DNA of 64,000 nt from NCBI GenBank assembly GCA_963770835.1, contig CAVYRH010000005.1, positions 128,001 to 192,000 of the forward strand. Reading direction: 5' to 3'. The translations under genes and the position numbers were made by a program. This document shows positions 59,879 through 64,000 of the stretch, piece after piece. The notes under the pieces are model-generated. The model worked only from the letters and a program-made list of their open reading frames with translations, had not been told where the DNA came from and made no database searches. The number at the start of each line of letters is the position of its first letter. Position 1 is the stretch's first letter. This stretch comes from an uncultured Pseudomonadota bacterium. Its GTDB lineage: Bacteria; Oederibacteriota; Muellerivitia; Muellerivitales; Muellerivitaceae.

Positions 59879-60967
59879 TTAGTGGTTTTTCCATACCAAT
59901 AGGATTGGTCCGACAACTGCGAATATGACATTCGCGATCCAGACGGATAAAAAGGGAGACACAACGCCGGATTCGCCCAGGTGCTGGCCGATCTGCATTC
60001 CCCCGATATAAGCGAAGGCTACCAGCGCGCAAATGCCGACGCTGGCGATAACACCCGTGTATTTACGCATGCTCCATCCCCAGGGCACCCCCAGAATGAC
60101 CATGATGATACAGCCGAAGGGTGAGGCGAACTTCAGGTAGAGGGTCACCAGTTCCTTGTGATAGTCCGACCCGTTGCGCTTGAGTTGTCGAATGTAGGTG
60201 GCCAGTTCCACCATGTTCAATTCGCCTGGTTCCTTTTGGGCTTTCAAGAAATCCGCGGGTTTCTCCGGGATTGGAAGGGGAAGGCGGTCGAAGGGCTGGT
60301 CCGAAATTTCAGCTCCCGTGTCGTCAAACGCCCTCCGGTAGCCTTCGAAAAAGACCCATTGGCCGTCCTCGTATTTCGCGCTTTGGGCGTCCAGGCGGGC
60401 TTTTAAACGGGTTTCCGAGTCGAACTCCAACATCAAGATATCCGACATAACATTGTTCGCCCCATCGAAGGAACTGATGTGGTAGATCTGCCCCTCGGCC
60501 CCGACCATGGAAATATTCTGGCGTTGGAGATTGGCTGACTCCTCCGTGTGTTTTGAGATTTCCACCCAAACGGTGTGGTGCTTTTGGGCCTCGGCCTTGG
60601 GAACGACGAGTTCGCTGAAGAGAAGGCTTATGGTGCAGATGAGTGCGCCGATGAAAAACAGGGGAACAGCCACCCTGTAAATATCGACGCCTCCGGAGCG
60701 CATGGCGATGAGTTCGTTCCCCTTGGAAAGCCCGCCGAGGGAAAAAAGGACCCCGAATAGGCAGGCGATAGGAATGATTTGAACCATAAAACCTGGGACG
60801 TAAAAAGAAAAATATTTAAGGGTTACCCAGATACTGGGTTTGAATTCCATCAAAAGGTGCATGTCGTTAAAAATTTGAACGATGAGGACAATAACGCTGA
60901 ATCCGGCCAAAGACAATGAAAAGGGTTTTAGAAACTCGCCCAAAATATATCTTGTGAGGACTTTCAC
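59879..60967 (-). CDS. lptG: LPS export permease LptG (YjgP/YjgQ family)
   Basis: RYI..EF, P.A.L...L, L...NELIAMRSGG, periplasmic beta region, K.A.PF, W.AN. Confidence 0.85.
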   Translation of the reverse strand: MKVLTRYILGEFLKPFSLSLAGFSVIVLIVQIFNDMHLLMEFKPSIWVTLKYFSFYVPGFMVQIIPIACLFGVLFSLGGLSKGNELIAMRSGGVDIYRVAVPLFFIGALICTISLLFSELVVPKAEAQKHHTVWVEISKHTEESANLQRQNISMVGAEGQIYHISSFDGANNVMSDILMLEFDSETRLKARLDAQSAKYEDGQWVFFEGYRRAFDDTGAEISDQPFDRLPLPIPEKPADFLKAQKEPGELNMVELATYIRQLKRNGSDYHKELVTLYLKFASPFGCIIMVILGVPWGWSMRKYTGVIASVGICALVAFAYIGGMQIGQHLGESGVVSPFLSVWIANVIFAVVGPILLVWKNH

Positions 60968-62121
60968 CGGATTCTTCCCCTTGTTCCTGCCCGGTGTCCC
61001 GGTGAAGGAAGATGCCTAAAAGCGGAGTGTTCCGCGACTACGAGGTAATAAACCGCGCATCCTGCGACTGCCAGGATTAAATTCGCCCCCCAAAGTCCAA
61101 TCACGGGGCTAAGGATACCCTGGTTGCTCAACAATTGTCCAAGCGTGAACATGAGGTAATAAATGAAAATAAGGGCCAGTCCCAGGACGAATCCCATGAA
61201 GCCCTTGGATTTTGTCCAGAGTCCCAAGGGAGCACAGAACCAGGCCAATACGAGGCAGGCAAAGGGCAAGGCCAACCTTTTCTGGAATTCGGTCTTTAAG
61301 TGATTGAGCCTCCCTGGGTCTTTTTCGAGGGGAATGGCGCGCCCCAGCTCGCCCAAGTCCATTTCTTCAAAATCCTTTTTGACGTCGTTCAGGTGGGCCA
61401 GCTGGTTCTCAAAGTTTAGCCGGATAATATAACGGTCGAAGTAAAGCTGATTGTAAGTGTGATAATTGCTGTTGTCCCAGCTCATGACGCCGTTGTTGAG
61501 ATGGAAAAAAACTTGGTAAGACTTCGGGTCGTTTACCAGAGCGCCCGTTTTGGCCACAGTCGTCTGTAGGGGAGCCTTGGGCGACCAATAATTGAAGGAT
61601 TTGATGTTCGAAAAAGAGCCGTCAGGCTCCTGGCGGTCGATCAAGAATCGGTAGTTTTCAAATTGGTCGATCCACACTTTTTCCCGGATTGCCAAATTGG
61701 CCTGTTTTTGAAGGATTTTAAATTGGGTTTCTTTGCAGATTAAGTTAGAGGCAGGCAGTACTTTGTCATTGAAGTAAATCATCGTACCGGTAAGCGCCGA
61801 ACCCATCACCAGTACAGGTGCTATTAGATGAAACAAATGGACTCCACTGCTTTTGAAGGCCGTGATCTCCATGTCAGAACTCAATCGCCCAAAGGCTAGG
61901 AGCGTTCCTACCATCATTGACATGGGAATGGTCATTGAAAGGATGAGCGGAACGAAACTGAGGTACAACACCGTTGTATCTAGGAAAGGAACTTTTTTAT
62001 TAAGTACCATATCTAAGAACAAAAAAATTTTATTTGTCATTAAAAGGGTGGTAAGTAAGGCGACGCACAACAGGAATGAGGGAGTCATTTCGCTAAGGAC
62101 GTAACGATAAACGGTTTTCAA
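60964..62121 (-). CDS. lptF: LPS export permease LptF (YjgP/YjgQ family)
   Basis: TTG start after AAGGA; RY...E, P......IP, GRLSSD.EITA.K.SG, R.ALPF, PLG, W.AN. Confidence 0.85.
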   Translation of the reverse strand: MKTVYRYVLSEMTPSFLLCVALLTTLLMTNKIFLFLDMVLNKKVPFLDTTVLYLSFVPLILSMTIPMSMMVGTLLAFGRLSSDMEITAFKSSGVHLFHLIAPVLVMGSALTGTMIYFNDKVLPASNLICKETQFKILQKQANLAIREKVWIDQFENYRFLIDRQEPDGSFSNIKSFNYWSPKAPLQTTVAKTGALVNDPKSYQVFFHLNNGVMSWDNSNYHTYNQLYFDRYIIRLNFENQLAHLNDVKKDFEEMDLGELGRAIPLEKDPGRLNHLKTEFQKRLALPFACLVLAWFCAPLGLWTKSKGFMGFVLGLALIFIYYLMFTLGQLLSNQGILSPVIGLWGANLILAVAGCAVYYLVVAEHSAFRHLPSPGHRAGTRGRIR

Positions 62122-62416
62122 CTCGAAATCCTTGAAAAGGTGATCACGACTTATTGACGATCGGGCGCTGCTTTTTCGGCGAACCACCGGTTTAAGTGGT
62201 TGAAAGCTGACATAGGGGGAACCTGGTGCGGGCAGTATAACACGTGTATTTGCGGCCCCGGAGCACGCTTTTAGGGGCCGGGAGGCGGTTCGGGTATCTT
62301 TTTCGTCCTTTCGAGGATTCCTCGTCCCAACTTTAGGGCGTGTGGGATAACTTTACCGTAGGGCAATCAAGCTCGGTTTGGAACGGTTTTAACCGTCGCC
62401 GGGGTTGATTTTGGGC

Positions 62417-62455
62417 AGCGCGGTTCCCGTCCCACGGGGCGGGAACCGCGCTTTT
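62417..62455 (+). terminator. Strong GC hairpin with T tract (intrinsic terminator)
   Basis: AGCGCGGTTCCCG...CGGGAACCGCGCT is a perfect 13-bp stem, extendable inward, followed by TTT. Confidence 0.7.
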
Positions 62456-62715
62456 AACATATCCATTTAGGAAACAGGGATAAACGTTGATTGAGATGGA
62501 TAAATTCAACTCCAAATCCGCGCTCGTTAACGTTCATCACTGTTCCAAATCCTTGGGGTTTGGGGAGTTGGAACACGTTGTCAAAGGTGAAAATAAGTCG
62601 TTCGGATCTTTTCGATATTGCTATCATCTCCAGGAACAAGGGGTTTCATCCGGGTCAAACCCGGTTTGTTGAAGGAGGGGCCCCTCGAGTCAAGACCCGC
62701 CCGGGGGAATGGTGG

Positions 62716-63888
62716 ATGAAACCAGCGCCGAAGACGGACTTTTTTCTTGGGAAGTTCTTCCTCTTTTTCGTCAATAAATTCTTTTTTCTCGATTTTGAAA
62801 AATCCTTTGTTGTCTCCTGCCTCAGACTTTTTTTAATTTGGAACCCCCTTTGGACCCTCATCGTCACACTGATATTGGGAAACGGTACCCTCGCTCTCTT
62901 TGAATGGGGATGGAGATTCCTGGTAGCCACTCTTGTGTGCCTGCTGGGATTGACGGTCATCCGGCTTTTCACCCTCTCGGAAAAGGTTTGGATGGCCAGC
63001 TCGGATCGCACCCCGCCTAACCACGGCACGGGGTGGTATCTGTTGTTTCTGGGTATCCTGGCTCCTCTGGGGTCTTTCATAGCCCTGCACATGATGGTAG
63101 CTGGCATTAACCTTTTCTTCGCCGGTGCCCCCGTTACTGCGAACTTTCAATGGGAATATTATTGGAAAGAAATTCTATGGGTTTGGGCGCTTTTATTTGT
63201 TTGTTTCCTCTTCATTCACTGGCAGGAATTGAGAGACGCAGCCCAACAAGGGCAAATTCGGGCGGAGGAATTGGAAAAGGAAAGGTTGCAGGCCGCACTA
63301 GACAAATTGAAGGACCAGATGAATCCCCATTTCCTTTTCAACACCCTCAACACCGTGGCGGCCTTAATTCCTGCGGATCCGGTCAAGGCTGAGGAAGTGA
63401 TCGTCAAGCTTTCGAGTATTTTCCAGGGGGTTTTGGAAGCCACGCGCAAAGCCAATCATTCCTTGGAGAAAGAACTTGAGTTCTGCCGGAATTACCTGGA
63501 CATTGAAAAAGCCCGTTTCGGATCCCGACTGGTTTCGGAGATCGAGATCGAAAAGGGCCTGGACACCGCCGGAGTTCAAATACCGGTACTCTTGCTCCAG
63601 CCGTTGGTGGAAAACGCGGTGAAACACGGCCTTTCTTCCCGCGCGGCGGGGGGCAAGGTTTGGATCAAGGCTGCGTTGCGTGACGGCCGATTGGAAGTAA
63701 AAGTGGAAGATGACGGGGTGGGTTTTGGAAACTCGCCTTACGCCGGTTCCGGAACGGCCCTGGAGAACTGCCGCAAGAGGCTGGAATTGGGGTTTGAAAA
63801 AGAGGGACGGTTGGAAATAAGGCCCCGCGAAGGTGGTGGAACAACCATTTTCCTGTCCATGCCGGTTTTAACCGCGGATTCGAACTGA
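62716..63888 (+). CDS. LytS/YehU-family sensor histidine kinase
   Basis: TMs, LK.QMNPHFLFNTLN, LE.EL.....YL.IEK.RF..RL, LLQPLVENAVKHG, EDDG.G, G.AL.N...RL. Start uncertain. Confidence 0.92.
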   Translation: MKPAPKTDFFLGKFFLFFVNKFFFLDFEKSFVVSCLRLFLIWNPLWTLIVTLILGNGTLALFEWGWRFLVATLVCLLGLTVIRLFTLSEKVWMASSDRTPPNHGTGWYLLFLGILAPLGSFIALHMMVAGINLFFAGAPVTANFQWEYYWKEILWVWALLFVCFLFIHWQELRDAAQQGQIRAEELEKERLQAALDKLKDQMNPHFLFNTLNTVAALIPADPVKAEEVIVKLSSIFQGVLEATRKANHSLEKELEFCRNYLDIEKARFGSRLVSEIEIEKGLDTAGVQIPVLLLQPLVENAVKHGLSSRAAGGKVWIKAALRDGRLEVKVEDDGVGFGNSPYAGSGTALENCRKRLELGFEKEGRLEIRPREGGGTTIFLSMPVLTADSN

Positions 63889-63923
63889 ATCGGCTTGGAA
63901 ATTAAACATTTCCTGGAGGAACG

Positions 63924-64000
63924 ATGATTAAGGCTTTGATCGTGGATGACGAGGCTCCCGCAAGGTCCCGGTTGGCCCGGATGCTCTCGGCCTTTGGGGA
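63924..64000 (+). CDS. Response regulator, probably LytTR family (truncated by window edge)
   Basis: GGAGG RBS; MIKALIVDDEAPARSRLARML directly after a LytS-type kinase. Confidence 0.8.
   Translation, partial: MIKALIVDDEAPARSRLARMLSAFG

Noticed and set aside
62151..62213. 20-codon uORF on the minus strand ahead of lptF
   Set aside because: It has no SD and no distinctive composition, so it could occur by chance.
62491..62715. 75-codon N-terminal extension of the LytS-type kinase
   Set aside because: It has no sensor-like character, and ATG 62716 or a later start is more plausible.

Overview
Bacterial chromosomal window, almost all on the + strand, from a diderm LPS producer (skp-lpxD-lpxC/fabZ-lpxA-lpxI, lptFG). 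I cannot assign the lineage without a search. Housekeeping genes include tatC, fsa, spoIID-queA-tgt, accA, valS-nadC-birA-coaX, dprA-topA-argB, nrdR, eno, a cysteine synthase plus JAB peptidase, and tmRNA. The notable part is a block at about 17.2-39.4 kb. It holds two DUF2723/TMEM260-like glycosyltransferase paralogs (one degenerate), a PilT-family ATPase fused to about 400 aa of TPR, a TsaP-like protein lacking LysM, CheR, two all-TPR proteins, an MshEN-CheW fusion, a divergent PII, a Bacillus/Thermotoga-style che set (2 CheY, 2 CheC, CheD, CheW, CheB, CheA) and a catalytically degenerate GGDEF protein with an intact I-site. There is no chemoreceptor or flagellar gene in the window. Within this block a non-coding 81-87 nt double-hairpin unit occurs as two tandem pairs (27974-28147 and 37441-37603). 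It shows compensatory base changes, and each unit ends in a base-paired Shine-Dalgarno followed by ATG. I saw no CRISPR array, integrase, transposase, rRNA or tRNA. All calls come from reading motifs by eye; no database search was run.
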